Below are positions 10,350 through 35,160 of a stretch of DNA of 64,000 nucleotides, one piece after another (the stretch's first letter is position 1; the number at the start of each line of letters is the position of its first letter). Below the pieces are notes generated by a model. The model was not told where the DNA came from. It saw only the letters and a list, made by a program, of their open reading frames with translations, and did not search any database. The DNA is taken from positions 43,436,036-43,500,035 of the forward strand of contig JBHNWI010000380.1 of assembly GCA_048127485.1 (NCBI GenBank), written 5' to 3'. The position numbers and the translations under genes are program-made. The DNA is from Solemya velum (taxonomy: Eukaryota).

Positions 10350-10797
10350 AACTTTAGTAAAATAAAAAAATCTCGGCCATTTGAATTTTTAACGTACATT
10401 GGAATTCATGGCCCTTGCGAGAATAGCAAAATTTAGAAGTTACGAAAAGTAAATTGTTCGTTTGATTAATTAATTAAATTATATAGTGGCGGTCCGCCAC
10501 TAAATGTTAAGCCCTGCCCATATTCTGATAGGAGTCTGCGCAATTTGTTTATTTTGATTTGCTCTGTGAACGTTACTCTCTTTGCGCATGCGTTCGTCAT
10601 GAAACACCGCCTCCAAGATGGCGCGCAGCGAAGACTGACAGCTGGAAAGCATATTTTCTGGCGACTCTAAGAAAGTGTTCCGATGATAAATTTTGTTTCT
10701 TAAAAGTATACATCATATTTTTTTGATGTCTTTAATAAAAAAATAAAAAGAAATGATCGATTCGTAACCTTAAAGTTATAAGGAATACCCCTTTAAG
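10319..10797. mobile_element. MITE-like non-autonomous DNA transposon (~480 bp) with ~26-bp terminal inverted repeats, inserted in Gypsy gag. Flanks fit either a TTAA or a TA target-site duplication.
   Basis: 10319-10345 'ttaaaggggtattccttataacttta' is the exact reverse complement of 10771-10797 'taaagttataaggaataccccttta'. The interior is AT-rich and non-coding. 'TTAA' (or TA) immediately flanks both TIRs. Confidence 0.7.
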
Positions 10798-11648
10798 AGT
10801 GCGTCGGAAGCAGTTCCTTTTAATGATTTTCTTAACGCAAGTAAGATTGAATTGTTTGGGTAACCTTCAATTATCAGTGACCTTACCTCATGCCGCCACT
10901 GTTGATACGGGACCTCTCCCTTTCCATCGTCACCCGAAATCTGGGACAATCTGCAGATACTTCCGTACGGAACAGTGTGTGCAGCGAGATCCGGCGTCCA
11001 CTGCCGTTCAATGTTTCTCGGATTTTCCCTGGGAGGCATGACGTTTAGTTCCTGCTTAAGATCGCTATGGTTGTATTCCCTATGTTGGGTGAAAGACTCT
11101 GTGGGAAAAGGTCCGGCGCGATCACGAAGCCGATGAGAGTATTCTTCATCGTCGAGGCGCGTTCCTGGAGCGGTACTTTCGCGTTTCAATGGCCTAAGTG
11201 AAAAATTATTGTGCCCGTCACTGAAACTTTCGCGTGACGTACTATTCGGAAACGTATTATCTTTAACTAACAAGGTATCAGACCCTACCAAAGTCAAAAG
11301 TTCGGCTAGCTTATCTCGCGATAATCCCGAAATGGTTTCTGCTAAACTCTTGACATCGGTATCGGATCTCTCCACGCCTAGTTCTTGGACCTTAGCTCGC
11401 TGTTCAGAGTTCAATAATTGAACTGAAATAACATTTCCGTTTAAAACATGACCATCAAAATTCAATGCTCTGCTAACACTGCGAGAATTTTGGAATTTTA
11501 CACAGCATTCCGATGAATGATCATAATCGGGTACATATATTTGACTCACCTCAGTTTTTGTGTTGAAAAATGCAGCCAGCTCTTCTTCATCAATTGGTGG
11601 TTGGAGTCCAGTAACCCAAACAGAAGTCTCCATCTTGTAATAACCCAC
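10776..11648 (-). CDS. Gypsy gag N-terminal part. Its C-terminal residues (LKGYSL*) run into the MITE TIR and terminate there.
   Basis: METSVWVTGL…WRHEVRSLIIEGYPNNSILLALRKSLKGTASDALLKG; ATG at 11630. Confidence 0.55.
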   Translation of the reverse strand: MGYYKMETSVWVTGLQPPIDEEELAAFFNTKTEVSQIYVPDYDHSSECCVKFQNSRSVSRALNFDGHVLNGNVISVQLLNSEQRAKVQELGVERSDTDVKSLAETISGLSRDKLAELLTLVGSDTLLVKDNTFPNSTSRESFSDGHNNFSLRPLKRESTAPGTRLDDEEYSHRLRDRAGPFPTESFTQHREYNHSDLKQELNVMPPRENPRNIERQWTPDLAAHTVPYGSICRLSQISGDDGKGEVPYQQWRHEVRSLIIEGYPNNSILLALRKSLKGTASDALLKGYSL

Positions 11649-12586
11649 TTACCGGGGTTATCAATACAATAACTCAGTAAGCTACTTCCTACAATCTATA
11701 GTAATCCACCTAACCTACAAGATCAAAAACTAATCTACAATACGACAAAGTAACTATGTCGCGATTTAAGAATTGTAGAATATTCTGATTTTATCAGTTA
11801 CAACAGACCGTTTATAAGAGAAAAAATTTCGACTGAAGAAGTTAGTGACAGCTAGTGAATGAGTGTGTATGAATATGGCATAGCCATGTGCTGTTTATGA
11901 TTCAATGTTCAATGATGGATGATAGTTCACATATGACATGAATATACTAAAGTACACAAATTTTAGAAAAATCTAACTACAAACTTAAACCTAATTATGT
12001 ATACAAAACTGTCAAGTATTAACAAACAAAATTATTAACTATAGTGATTAACTATTCCATTAATCTTATCTAAGATTAACTACACACAAATCTCTCATAC
12101 ATGGATCCCTCATTCAATCTCTCACACAAAAGTATAATGTCCAATAACTATCTAAGCGCAGCGCAAATGCATTTCATAAGTTCAGTTTTTATTTACAAGA
12201 CAATACGAATTCGCACACAGACACAAATGTAGTTTCGGTAAGGGAATTCCCTCGAATCTCCAATCCGGAAACACGTGACACAAAACAAATTTGAATAGTT
12301 TCACCATCGATGGATTTCCACATTCACTCGATCAAATCAAATAAATCAGTGAACGATCAGAGTGTAGTACGTGCGTACGCCGATGAAGTTTCCTCGTACT
12401 TCTCAGTTAGAATTTTGAATCCAACCTAGTCCGTACGGGTATCAGCATCTAGTAGGCTGTTGTTCTGTTTCCCTTCCTTATCCCACCAGGGATGCCATTT
12501 TATGTAGCGGGGTTAAGCCGCTTTCCAGTCGGGATACGGGATAAGTGGAATGACAACAAGCTCAGACTCAGTTTTATTTCCAAAAT

Positions 12587-12670
12587 CTGTAAAATATATA
12601 TAATATTACTAGGATGTCCGGAGTTGTCCATTCGGTGGATGTTGGACCCACAAGAACCAAATCCGGAATA
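12587..12670. repeat. 84-bp direct repeat, copy 1 (partner at 13490-13573)
   Basis: The identical 84-mer ctgtaaaatatatataatattactaggatgtccggagttgtccattcggtggatgttggacccacaagaaccaaatccggaata occurs twice, 903 bp apart. Confidence 0.85.
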
Positions 12671-13489
12671 ATCAATACAATTACAATAAATAGAATACAA
12701 TTACAATATAATACAATAACAATAGAATATACAATTTATGACAAGACGTGAATACATATCCTTAACTCTAGACCTGGTTTGGTTTATATCAACCCAAAAC
12801 AATAAATAAAAACTGCAACAACTCATGTTTACGGTTGAACACAATTTGATTGTATTCCTCAATCATATATGTTGAGCAGTGAAACATTATATCAAACTAT
12901 GTCTACAACAATAAGAAATGAATTATTACGGCTATGATATGATGCATTTATGAATGGAGATGGAACGAATATAAGTTTGAATGACAATATATATGACAGT
13001 GCATTGTGCATGGACGTGCGATAAATATTAGATGGCCGCTTAGATGAAATCCCAGTATAACACGCTCGCACGTTGGTGACAATCGCTCAGTATAGCGAGT
13101 TGGCACCTGCGAATACAGCATGTTTAAGTGCTGCACAATATAAGGTCACAGCGATATAATATGGGAAGAGAAGCTTTAGTACAAACAACAAAGTAGAATC
13201 AATTATCGGAGAATATCAGTTGAACGAAGCTTGTGCGATGTTTTTACGATTCGACGCAAGTGAAAATAACATTTTGGAAAGTATGGTCGATCGCGCCTAC
13301 AAACTACAAGCGTAAAAACAAGCAAGACCGATATGACTAAAGTTACGATATGAACATCCTATTCTTCGTATCGTACTAACTACTCGATAATATATAACAA
13401 AAGTGTTTACATACATAACTAATCTTTGATATACTAGATAGGTCGACGGGACCGATGTATACTATATAATCTTATACTTATCCACTTAC

Positions 13490-13573
13490 CTGTAAAATAT
13501 ATATAATATTACTAGGATGTCCGGAGTTGTCCATTCGGTGGATGTTGGACCCACAAGAACCAAATCCGGAATA
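13490..13573. repeat. 84-bp direct repeat, copy 2
   Basis: Identical to 12587-12670. Confidence 0.85.
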
Positions 13574-13842
13574 GTGGATAAAGGAGACAGTGCTCACGAA
13601 GACAACTTTTCCCGCGTCGACACGTTCCCGTCATTCTGTGCGCAAGACGGAAATAACCGAGTACGCCCGAAATCGTCCGGTTTGCGCACACGAATAGAGA
13701 TGATAAAAAATAACTGCGATACATGTATGTTTATTATGGATTGGGATAAGAAAAGAATTAAACACATAAATACGGGTATAAATACACCACTACACTAATA
13801 TACCCAAGTCCCGTCATTCTATTTGGGGGAATTGCCCCGGAA

Positions 13843-13886
13843 TGGACGGACGCCCGGACGCCCGGACGCCCGGACGCCCGGACTCC
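13843..13886. repeat. (GCCCGGAC)n octanucleotide tandem repeat, ~5 units, followed by (CA)-rich cacacacagacacac
   Basis: Direct reading of 13841-13915. Confidence 0.8.
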
Positions 13887-14179
13887 CTGACACACACAGA
13901 CACACGGAAACTTCGTAATCTGGGGGTATAAATGCCATGGGAAACATTTAGCAGTCACATAAGAAAAATGTAATGAAGCCCACCTAGTATGGCTTTTCGC
14001 GTCATCAAATTGATATCTACACTTGCCATCAATTAGACGACTGTCAGTAACAACACACTTGTTGACCTATGGGGTATTTATTACCAGTTTCAAGAACACC
14101 TCATTCTGATAGTAACATTCAGGTGCGCAATTTTGCACACTGAATCAGTCGTTTTAATGACAATCGGAATCGTTCGCAG

Positions 14180-14440
14180 ATGATGCAATTAATCAAAAGA
14201 AGTAGAGGATATACGCATAATGTTTGCATAGGGCGTCGCTTAGAGCGACTTGTCTCACTGTATCCCCTATATTCGGTCTCGGGACAAAGAGAGACCCACG
14301 CACCGCCGTTTCGTGGAATTATTTTTAACATTGGGCTTATGGCGAGCGCAGCCGTATTCCGGGGGCCGGTCTGACGGCGAATAAAACACATGTACATATA
14401 CCTGATTGTTTTTCTGTTATCTATTTTACGTATATACATC
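14180..14440 (-). repeat. Fragment of tRNA-derived SINE-like family 'SINE-T' (minus orientation), with a further piece at 14905-14940
   Basis: 14235-14290 matches the reverse complement of 17885-17940. 14908-14935 matches the reverse complement of 17860-17890. Confidence 0.45.
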
Positions 14441-14734
14441 CTTACACAATCATATATCTAAGTAGAAAGCCATAAATATGTCGATAACTGCATTTTTCTA
14501 GCGTAGAGGGGGATTCCGTAAAAATAGATGACGTCAGTTTCGAAGGCCTCGTCCTGTTGCATTGTAACTTGTAAACACGGCTGATTGAAAACAAATTGGG
14601 GAAGCCCAGGCCCCTTTCCCCAGAAATAGCGAGAAAGTGTCACGTGACGCGGATTCAATGTTCAAACCAATATGGCGGACAGAAACCATCGAGTCGATAA
14701 AACTTTGCTCTTTCAGTGGGCGGAACACGTTTAT

Positions 14735-15868
14735 TTAGTGAATGGCAGTTACTATAGCAGTGGATACGAGTTCAGTAACAATCACTGAGGTGACGTACGT
14801 ATGAAACCGTTGTCTGTTGAAAGTTGTGCTGCCAAAAATCGCGGCGGGTTGACGGCGGGGTGCTGCGACTGAATAATGAAAGTAAATAATAGGTGCATGA
14901 GTCTGTTTCTGAGAAAACAATCGTGACAGACTGGTCGGTCTAGGCGTCGCTATGTCTTGTGGTATAATTTGCTGTTCATATATCGGCGATAAAGCGAAGC
15001 AGACTGCCAGAATGCAGGCTGGTATCTCTACCATTAGCACTAGGGTGATGATACAGGTGATGCATTTGGTGGTGAATCGACACTTCTGATCCTGTACGCT
15101 ATCTTCATCTCTGCGAAACTGCATGGATTTTCGCTTTTTAGCCATTTTGCCAATAGTATAGAACATGTGAAAGTTCAGTATTATAAGAATTAGGCATGGT
15201 ATAAATTGGACTATTATCGCTCTTACCATGAAGTAGATCTTATAAAACAACCATTTCTCAATCCGATACCATTCTGCTTCATCTACTTTGCAACCAGTTG
15301 CTGTGTCTATGCGCGTTCCCGTCGAGATAGATACTGGACTGTACGTCTTCTCAACAAACCGCATGATATGAAGAGCCAGAGAGAGGGTATAGATGGCACC
15401 AATGGTTATGGAACATGTGAACTTAGTACAAATCCGTTTTGCAGAAAATGGTTTATTTACAGCAATGTATCTTTGAACGGCTAGCAAAACGTGAAGCCAT
15501 ATCGATGCTGGCTTCGTGACAGTTGGAATATACAACGCAAAATAATCCCACAAAACGCAAAGTTCAAAAAGAAATTTGCTCCGATTATCGAAAGTGAACA
15601 TATATATAAAGACCGGGGCAGGAACAGCAGCGGTAAGGGTGGTGTTAATCGCCAATGTCATGAGAGTCATTTTTGTCGCAGAATCGCAGTGTTTTTCCGA
15701 GCCGATAACTCTCAGGAACAAGAAAACTAAAACCAAAGTAATCACTAAGACAACTGGTAAACAATATCCGTATAATGGAACGGCGAACTCCAAATCATAC
15801 CAATCTGATATTGAAATTGCCCGATGAGGTGATTCGGTTATGGGGGTTGCATTCAAATTCTGTACCAC
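14735..15868 (-). CDS. Rhodopsin-family (class A) GPCR-like coding segment spanning TM1-TM6. It is either an exon of a multi-exon gene or a truncated pseudogene. The C-terminal ~75 codons (14735-14960) look repeat-derived rather than TM7.
   Basis: N-terminal NAT glycosylation site. Six hydrophobic helices. QRY at the TM3 end (LLAVQRYIAV, a DRY analogue). Basic IL3 (KKRKSMQFRRDE). There is no in-frame ATG before TM1: the upstream in-frame codon is TAA, and the track's 'M' is GTG. There is no NPxxY/TM7. Part of a tRNA-derived SINE-like family I call SINE-T occupies 14905-14940. Confidence 0.5.
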   Translation of the reverse strand: MVQNLNATPITESPHRAISISDWYDLEFAVPLYGYCLPVVLVITLVLVFLFLRVIGSEKHCDSATKMTLMTLAINTTLTAAVPAPVFIYMFTFDNRSKFLFELCVLWDYFALYIPTVTKPASIWLHVLLAVQRYIAVNKPFSAKRICTKFTCSITIGAIYTLSLALHIMRFVEKTYSPVSISTGTRIDTATGCKVDEAEWYRIEKWLFYKIYFMVRAIIVQFIPCLILIILNFHMFYTIGKMAKKRKSMQFRRDEDSVQDQKCRFTTKCITCIITLVLMVEIPACILAVCFALSPIYEQQIIPQDIATPRPTSLSRLFSQKQTHAPIIYFHYSVAAPRRQPAAIFGSTTFNRQRFHTYVTSVIVTELVSTAIVTAIH

Positions 15869-16599
15869 TTAAGGACTACAAATATGAGGTTGTTTATAAA
15901 TATCAAGAACATTTCCGACAGTGTTTGTTGGAGAGTTACACGGGGGATCAACCGAGTTTAAAATCGCTCAAACTCAAATCTGTGTCAAATCGGATGCTGA
16001 CCTGAGATGACCTTGTTTACAATCAGGTCCGCGCTAGACGTTGAGACAGTCAATCTTCCCAAAAACAAAACACACCCAGTTTGACTGCAACCTTTATTTT
16101 TCTACAAATTTCTTAATCCGTTCTCGTTTAAAATCGATATTTACACACAGAATAATTAATTAATTAATTAAATAATTTGAAGAAAAAAAAATCTAAAAAA
16201 GTCCGGCAAAACACCTAAGGTGGCTTGCTTGACATTAAACTACAATCAAACCAACCAACCAAGTCAATGCAGTCATTTGGTACTTCAAAGTGGACAATCT
16301 ACCTTCGTTCACCTCTGATTCAATTGTGAAGGGATAGCTTTATTCACTGACCCATCACTGGGTATTCTGGATAATAAATTTACTGGATTTATTGAAACTG
16401 TCTTCATTTATCTGAACTGGGCATATGTGTGATTTTGTGAAAACACTGGAACTGCTTGAATTTCGGTTTGCAGAAGACTGCTCACATTCAGTGTGGAAAG
16501 GGCCCTTTACATTATTTTCATTGTATTACAGAACTGAAATTAAATTGCAGTGTTTTCATAATAGGTTTATTAAATCAAATTGATCGTATTTTTTGTTGG

Positions 16600-16990
16600 C
16601 GTCAATATTGTGTGTTTGTGTGGTTTATGTACAAGCCAAGCAGTCATATATACGAACGCAACTGTATATTATATCGAGAGAACAGGTTGAATCACAACTT
16701 TTTAGTTGAAGAGATTGAGTCAGACTGAACTGGCGACAATACCCCTTTTCTTAAATCGAATAGGCTTCTCGGATGTTTATCTTATCTTGCCAGGGCGACT
16801 GACTCAGACACGGCCCGCCGCTTATATTCCCATATGACGGACGACATATCACTCGATGGCTGGAAAGACCTCTGGAAATTTGATTTGGAAGCGAAGTCCA
16901 AACCTTGCCAGGGATTAAACCCGGGACCTTCAGATTGCGAAGCAAGTTTTGTTACCGTTATGCTAGGCGTCTTTAGATGTTCTGGTTCAC
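16600..16990 (-). mobile_element. SINE-T copy (tRNA-derived SINE-like). Head near 16990 with a tRNA-like T-arm; tail with the '…acagacatatatacgaa…' motif near 16620-16700.
   Basis: 16920-16960 reverse-complemented gives …ctgaaggtcccgggtttaatccctggc…, which is T-arm-like. The tail is shared with 51640-51720, 17970-18060 and 18150-18240. Confidence 0.45.
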
Positions 16991-17719
16991 CTCAATGAAT
17001 AGTTTATACTTCAACACACCGCCAATACAACTCTTTCTGAATGACTGCATCATTATCAAATAATCGGGTCACCATTAAGAACCACTCTATTCCAAGCAGA
17101 ATATTAAAAAGGCTCAGATTTTCCTTCCTGCTTCTTTAACATGTTCAATGCTAGGTTTGCACAGACATGCTATTTTATAATGTGTGCGTTGAATTGATGC
17201 CTGCGTTGCTATGTCCATACGGACATCCGTTGTCAATACACAATTCTGTGATGTTTGACAATTTAATTGAGACATTTTTCAAATATCAGATATGTTCTAT
17301 ATAGGTATGCCGCTGATATCTAGCTGATACAAAATCCTCGCCTATATAGTTCATGAAGATTTGATGTTTCTATAATCTTTGAGGGATTTGTCGTATTGAA
17401 TATTCCGTGACAGCCAAAATTACTGTCACACGGCTCATCCTTTTTGAATGAAGGAATCGAATATTTCATTGTTCCCAAACTTCATCCTAATAATTATTTG
17501 AACAGATTGCACGAGTATAATAAACTTTACAGAATAAGTCATATATGCATTTTGATCTCAAATTGCATTCCGTTCCATAATTTCCAGCTGGCATGTCATC
17601 TTCAATTGTTTTTGGGGGGAAGCATATACAGAAGAAGGAGCCAAATCATAAGCAAAAGACGTAAATCGGTGAACCGTGGACAGACTGACACAAAAGAGAA
17701 TAAAACCGAACTGTCATCA

Positions 17720-18060
17720 GAGCGGTAGGGGCGTTAACCCGATGTCAGTATAATGTGAATGGGGGGATGTCATGTGGTATGCGTGTGGTATGCGTATAGC
17801 ATTCTGGTGTGACATCACCTTAAAGAGTGACATGAGTCCGCACTGTCGCAAGTAGACAAGATACAAGACCGACCAGTCTGTCACGATTGATTTCCCGGGA
17901 CCGAATATAGGGGACACAGTGAGACAGGTCGCTCTAACAAGATACTCACACTCGCATACACTTGCAAACACAGTTGTGATTCAACATGTTGTGAAGATAT
18001 AATACATATATACAGTTGTGTTCGTATATATGTCTGTGTAGCTGGCACATATGAGCTTAA
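17720..18060 (+). mobile_element. SINE-T copy, 5'-truncated (lacks tRNA head), plus orientation
   Basis: Its reverse complement aligns with 51640-51800 (…gcaagtgt.tg.gagt.tgagta…catatgtgccag.tacacagacatatatac…). Confidence 0.5.
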
Positions 18061-18149
18061 GTCTTAGGCACCATTAATCTAACCAAACAAACAAAGACAA
18101 AGCAAGATCGGTTGTTCCTGTTTGTATAGTAAATGTGCCCTTTGATTTA

Positions 18150-18240
18150 AGCCCATATGTGTCAAGCACACAGACATATATACGAATACAACTTTATATT
18201 AAGTCGACACAACACGTTAAATCACAACTATTTGTGCAAC
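18150..18240 (-). repeat. SINE-T tail fragment. It forms an inverted pair with 17970-18060 around an ~90-bp spacer.
   Basis: cttaagcccatatgtgtcaagcacacagacatatatacgaatacaac… is the reverse complement of 17970-18060. Confidence 0.55.
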
Positions 18241-20244
18241 CTAAAGACCTCTGAAAATTGGATTCGGTAACGAATCGGTTGCTCTAGAAAAGCAATCATC
18301 ACCTGCTTCACATGCGGTATTCGTCATGCCAGACTTCTGGCCAAATTTTTTCAGTTTGTCAGATCAGGTCAAATTTAACGGAAGAGAGCTGCAGCATACT
18401 GAGATATGCGCTCATATTTCAAAAACGATGCTTGATCTGAGAAATCTTTCACTTGGTGTTCGATTTGGATCAGTCCAGCGAACAGTAAAATTATGTTGAT
18501 CTGTTGGCATACTAGTCCTTTCTTCTCCTGCGCGTGGACATTCATCATACTCAGATATGCAATCAAATCGCCCCGGTAAAGTCTGTTGTAATTTCAAGGT
18601 CACGTTTGGTTCCCCATAGTTCTATTTGAGCCATATTTCCTTCTGGCGGGCTTGGAAAATGTAAGGAGTTGGACTGTCCTGTGAGTTTTGCTCTGTGGTT
18701 TGACAGTCTGATGCGCGTAGATACTCGTCACAATGTGAAATTTTTGGGCGCTTAAAATGACGCAACTATCTGCAGCGGGCAGTCCTCATCGGAAAAAGGT
18801 CTTCTGTGGAACCCTAGATGAGATTGACCCGGTCTTACTCTTTCAATGAGAACTGGTGTGAATGATCGCTATTGCCTGCATGGTTTACTCCAACGTGCTG
18901 TCTGTTCTGATGAAAGTGTCTGCCCTTTAAATCCCATGAATTCCACAATGAGATGTTAAGCGATGCGAAAGAAGTCGTGACAACAAGACAAAAGCAAACA
19001 AGTAGATGTGAAACTACTGAAGTCTGATGCCGGATACCTCGAAGGAGTCTGTAGATCTACTTTTATTTCCCGCAGATCTGTTCGTAAGCTTTGTTGCTCA
19101 TTCCAGGAGAGCCTTGCTGTCCGAAAAGATTTTGCTTGATTGTGGCACGATCTCAAATGCCTGCAGTAGTGCTGTAGTTTTTGCTCTTATCTCTCAATTT
19201 GTGGAGGCTTTTGGAGTGAATCTCACACCGGTGTGTATAGTGAAAATACTCCACCGGCGTGTCTGAGTTCTTTTGGATATTCCGCGATTAGTTAAAGATT
19301 TGAAGTGTTTGCATCTTGCAGATAGACTTTGGTTCATGGTAATTCCATTTGCGATACCATGTTGTCTTGGTTATCATGCTCCTACATTTATGAAAGCTGC
19401 ATTCGGATCCTTTGGGACCAAGGACACAATAGAGGCCTATTGAGGCAATTGTTGGAGTTTTAGACTGTATTCGCATGTTGGCCACCTTGACACAGTGCTG
19501 AGAGAGCGTGGTAGTGCTTCTTTGAATAAATCTGTAGCCGTTTTGGATCTATAACGCTTCCCTCTCCTAAAAAATAATTGTTGTCATAGCTTGTTCAACG
19601 TTGAGCGTAGTGGTATTTCATGCGAACTTCCCTGGATCTCTGAGACCATCAGTGGACCGATTTTCTTTTTGAAATTGATATGCTCCATAATCACGATATT
19701 CTCCGTGGCCTGCATTGCTGCTGCCAGGTATGTAGCACTCTCCCAGAGCATCACTCATCATGTAGGGTATTAAAGCGATAACTCTCATGACAACATGGAG
19801 GACTGAGATCCGCTAAATACTGTGTCAGTCACCAGCACTCTATAGTCCAGCGCCTGGAACAGGGTTCGGATGCGGATACGGCTAAGCAGGTAAATGGATT
19901 GGATCTGGAATCGCGGAATACCCCTATGAGATAACACCGCCACGGCGGGCATACCATCAGTTTCATGAGCATCTATATAGAGTTGATGGGAGTTTTCAAT
20001 CATCAGGATCGCATTCGGATTCCCTCATCACTAAGACACGGTGCCCGAATGCACTCCATTATGTGCACCAGGGCGGATATCAATCAATGATGTGAAGAGC
20101 TAAGTCATCCATCTTCTGGTTTGAACTCCCCAGCTTTCGCTGCTCTCGAGACAATTACAGTCACTCCAACGCTATGGCTCCTTGTCAACCACGTGCACCA
20201 CCCACACCACCTGCTTACTGTTTAGACCCATTCCAATGTGTTTG

Positions 20245-20520
20245 TGTGGGCACTTTTCACTACAAATGATGGCTTCGTGCCTCTCACATCTCAACGTTCC
20301 GGGTTCGAGCCCCGTTGCCGTTGGTGACAGAGTTTGTTTCAAGCAAAACCCTGTTTCAACGGCAGAATCTCCCTGGACTTGCTTGTGAGAAAGTTGTCGG
20401 TGACTTGCGGAAGGTCGCAGGTTTTTTCCGTCTTCTTCTACACCTTCCTGCACCTTGCATGGCTTTAATGGCCATAATTTTGCTGAACAAATCATGCTCA
20501 CCTCACTACAAAGGAATTCG
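20245..20520 (+). mobile_element. SINE-S copy: a second tRNA-derived SINE-like family, 5'-truncated
   Basis: cctctcacatctcaacgttccgggttcgagccccgttgccgttggtg…cctggacttgcttgtgagaaag…caaatcatgctcacctcac aligns to the reverse complement of 54225-54470. Confidence 0.55.
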
Positions 20521-21736
20521 CAAATGTCTGTTTCTTGGGAGATACCTGGCCAAAGTTGAGACAGCTGCCGGCATCCGGTCTGGTTGATTAGCTTCACCGT
20601 AGTGTACATTTGTACATGCTGACCTCTAATGGTAGTCAGGAGGCCATGGTCTTGGACACCAGAGGATTCCTGCAACAATGAGGCGTGCATCATCGCCTAT
20701 CATCGATTCCTTTCCCTCACAGTAATTGTCTAGTTGAGATAGGTATCACGAATTGGACGATGAGTGCCCCCAGTGACGTTCACCCGTCTTTTCTTAGCCG
20801 CAGGCTAGCCTTATTTCATCATCGACACGCCATTATGAATATCTTTCAGCAACCCATTGATAGCGGAAACAGCCGGTAGTCGAGTTTGGCCAGATTCCCA
20901 GAGAACTGAGACCGGAGTGAATGGTACATTTTGCAAGTGTAAATTGGGTTCTATCATGACCAATGAATAATTTATGCGTGTGATATTATTGTGTCGTCCG
21001 TAACTTTCCGTGGCCCAAAGCACATATTCTAAAATAGGAATGTACGCGACCGGTGAATATTTTTGGCTTATTTGAATGGTATTACTTGTGGAAACGCATC
21101 TTAAAGTAAAATGGGTTGTATTATGTACCTAATATTTGTTTTTTATGTTGAGAAGAATCTTCCATGGGGCTCCCCCGCCACGCGACCGTTTTCCAGCCAC
21201 AGCGTTTGGCTGCCGGGCAGACCAGAGGTCATAGTTCACAGGACTCGATTTCCTAAATGGATATGTGCATCGGCCCTTATATTTAGTGCACAGAGCCATT
21301 TGCTTTTCATACATTTTCCATAGGGTGGTCGCGTACGCTCTTCAGGCAAAACCGTGCGCGCTGGGGGCGCAACACTGCGTCTGCGATCAATACTTTCATA
21401 TTCACTTGTATCGGGTCTACTTTCTGGATTACTGACAACACTGGGCTTAACGGTGAACTTGGCGACGTTGCTTTCCAACCTACACAACAGGAACACCCCC
21501 GACAGATACAAAACTTCTCCCAGTTCTATAGGTGTCATAATGATCCCAATACCTTTATAACTGGTTTCTATAAACTATACGACGCATGGTGTGGTACCAA
21601 ATCTCTGGGAGAAGGTTTGCGATACCGATACACGAAGATAGTCGAGCAACATTCAACACGACACGACGTTAGGACTACTGTAGTCAGAATCCAAATACAA
21701 ACCCGCTCAGACCAGCACTGGGAATTTGATTGAAGT

Positions 21737-34907
<13,171 letters not shown>

Positions 34908-35116
34908 TGATAATCATATAGGATCCCTCGTCCCAACAGAACAGTAACAGATGAAAATCGGCCACAGCCTAGGCAGATTTGAATAAGCCATTCCCATCTG
35001 CTGATCCAGCTGTGACCTTCAGTTCCCTATCCTCACCACTACCTGTCAGACCTGCTATCATGCTTCATTGACAGCCCACTACTCTCAACACATCTACTAT
35101 ACCAGTGGTAACACAC

Positions 35117-35160
35117 TCCCCCCCCCAAAAAAAAAAAAAAATTAAAAAAAAAAAACAATC
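35117..35160. repeat. Poly(C)9–poly(A)15…(A)12 homopolymer tract
   Basis: Direct reading. Confidence 0.9.

Larger units (their letters stand above)
1..11650 (-). mobile_element. Degenerate Ty3/Gypsy-type LTR retrotransposon, internal region in the order gag-PR-RT-RNH-IN. It is interrupted by a nested LINE (1811-7807) and a MITE (~10320-10797). The 3' part and 3' LTR lie beyond the window start; the 5' LTR expected above ~11650 is not delimited.
   Basis: Minus-strand ORFs in canonical order: gag with a CCHC knuckle (CFFCKEEGHIQRRC), aspartic protease (IDTGSQ), RT (LDLKNGFWQ, LLFLDDIIVYS), RNase H (FELHVDAS … VLYQ…TDNNPL), and an integrase zinc finger plus DDE core. Several frameshifts are visible. 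Confidence 0.8.

Noticed and set aside
15868-15871. Treating the GPCR ORF as a complete intronless gene starting at the track's 'M'
   Set aside because: The first codon is GTG and the preceding in-frame codon is TAA. No eukaryotic ATG start precedes TM1, so a complete single-exon gene is not supported.
20172-20693. 173-aa minus-strand ORF
   Set aside because: No recognisable domain. It lies antisense over the SINE-S copy at 20245-20520. Most likely fortuitous.
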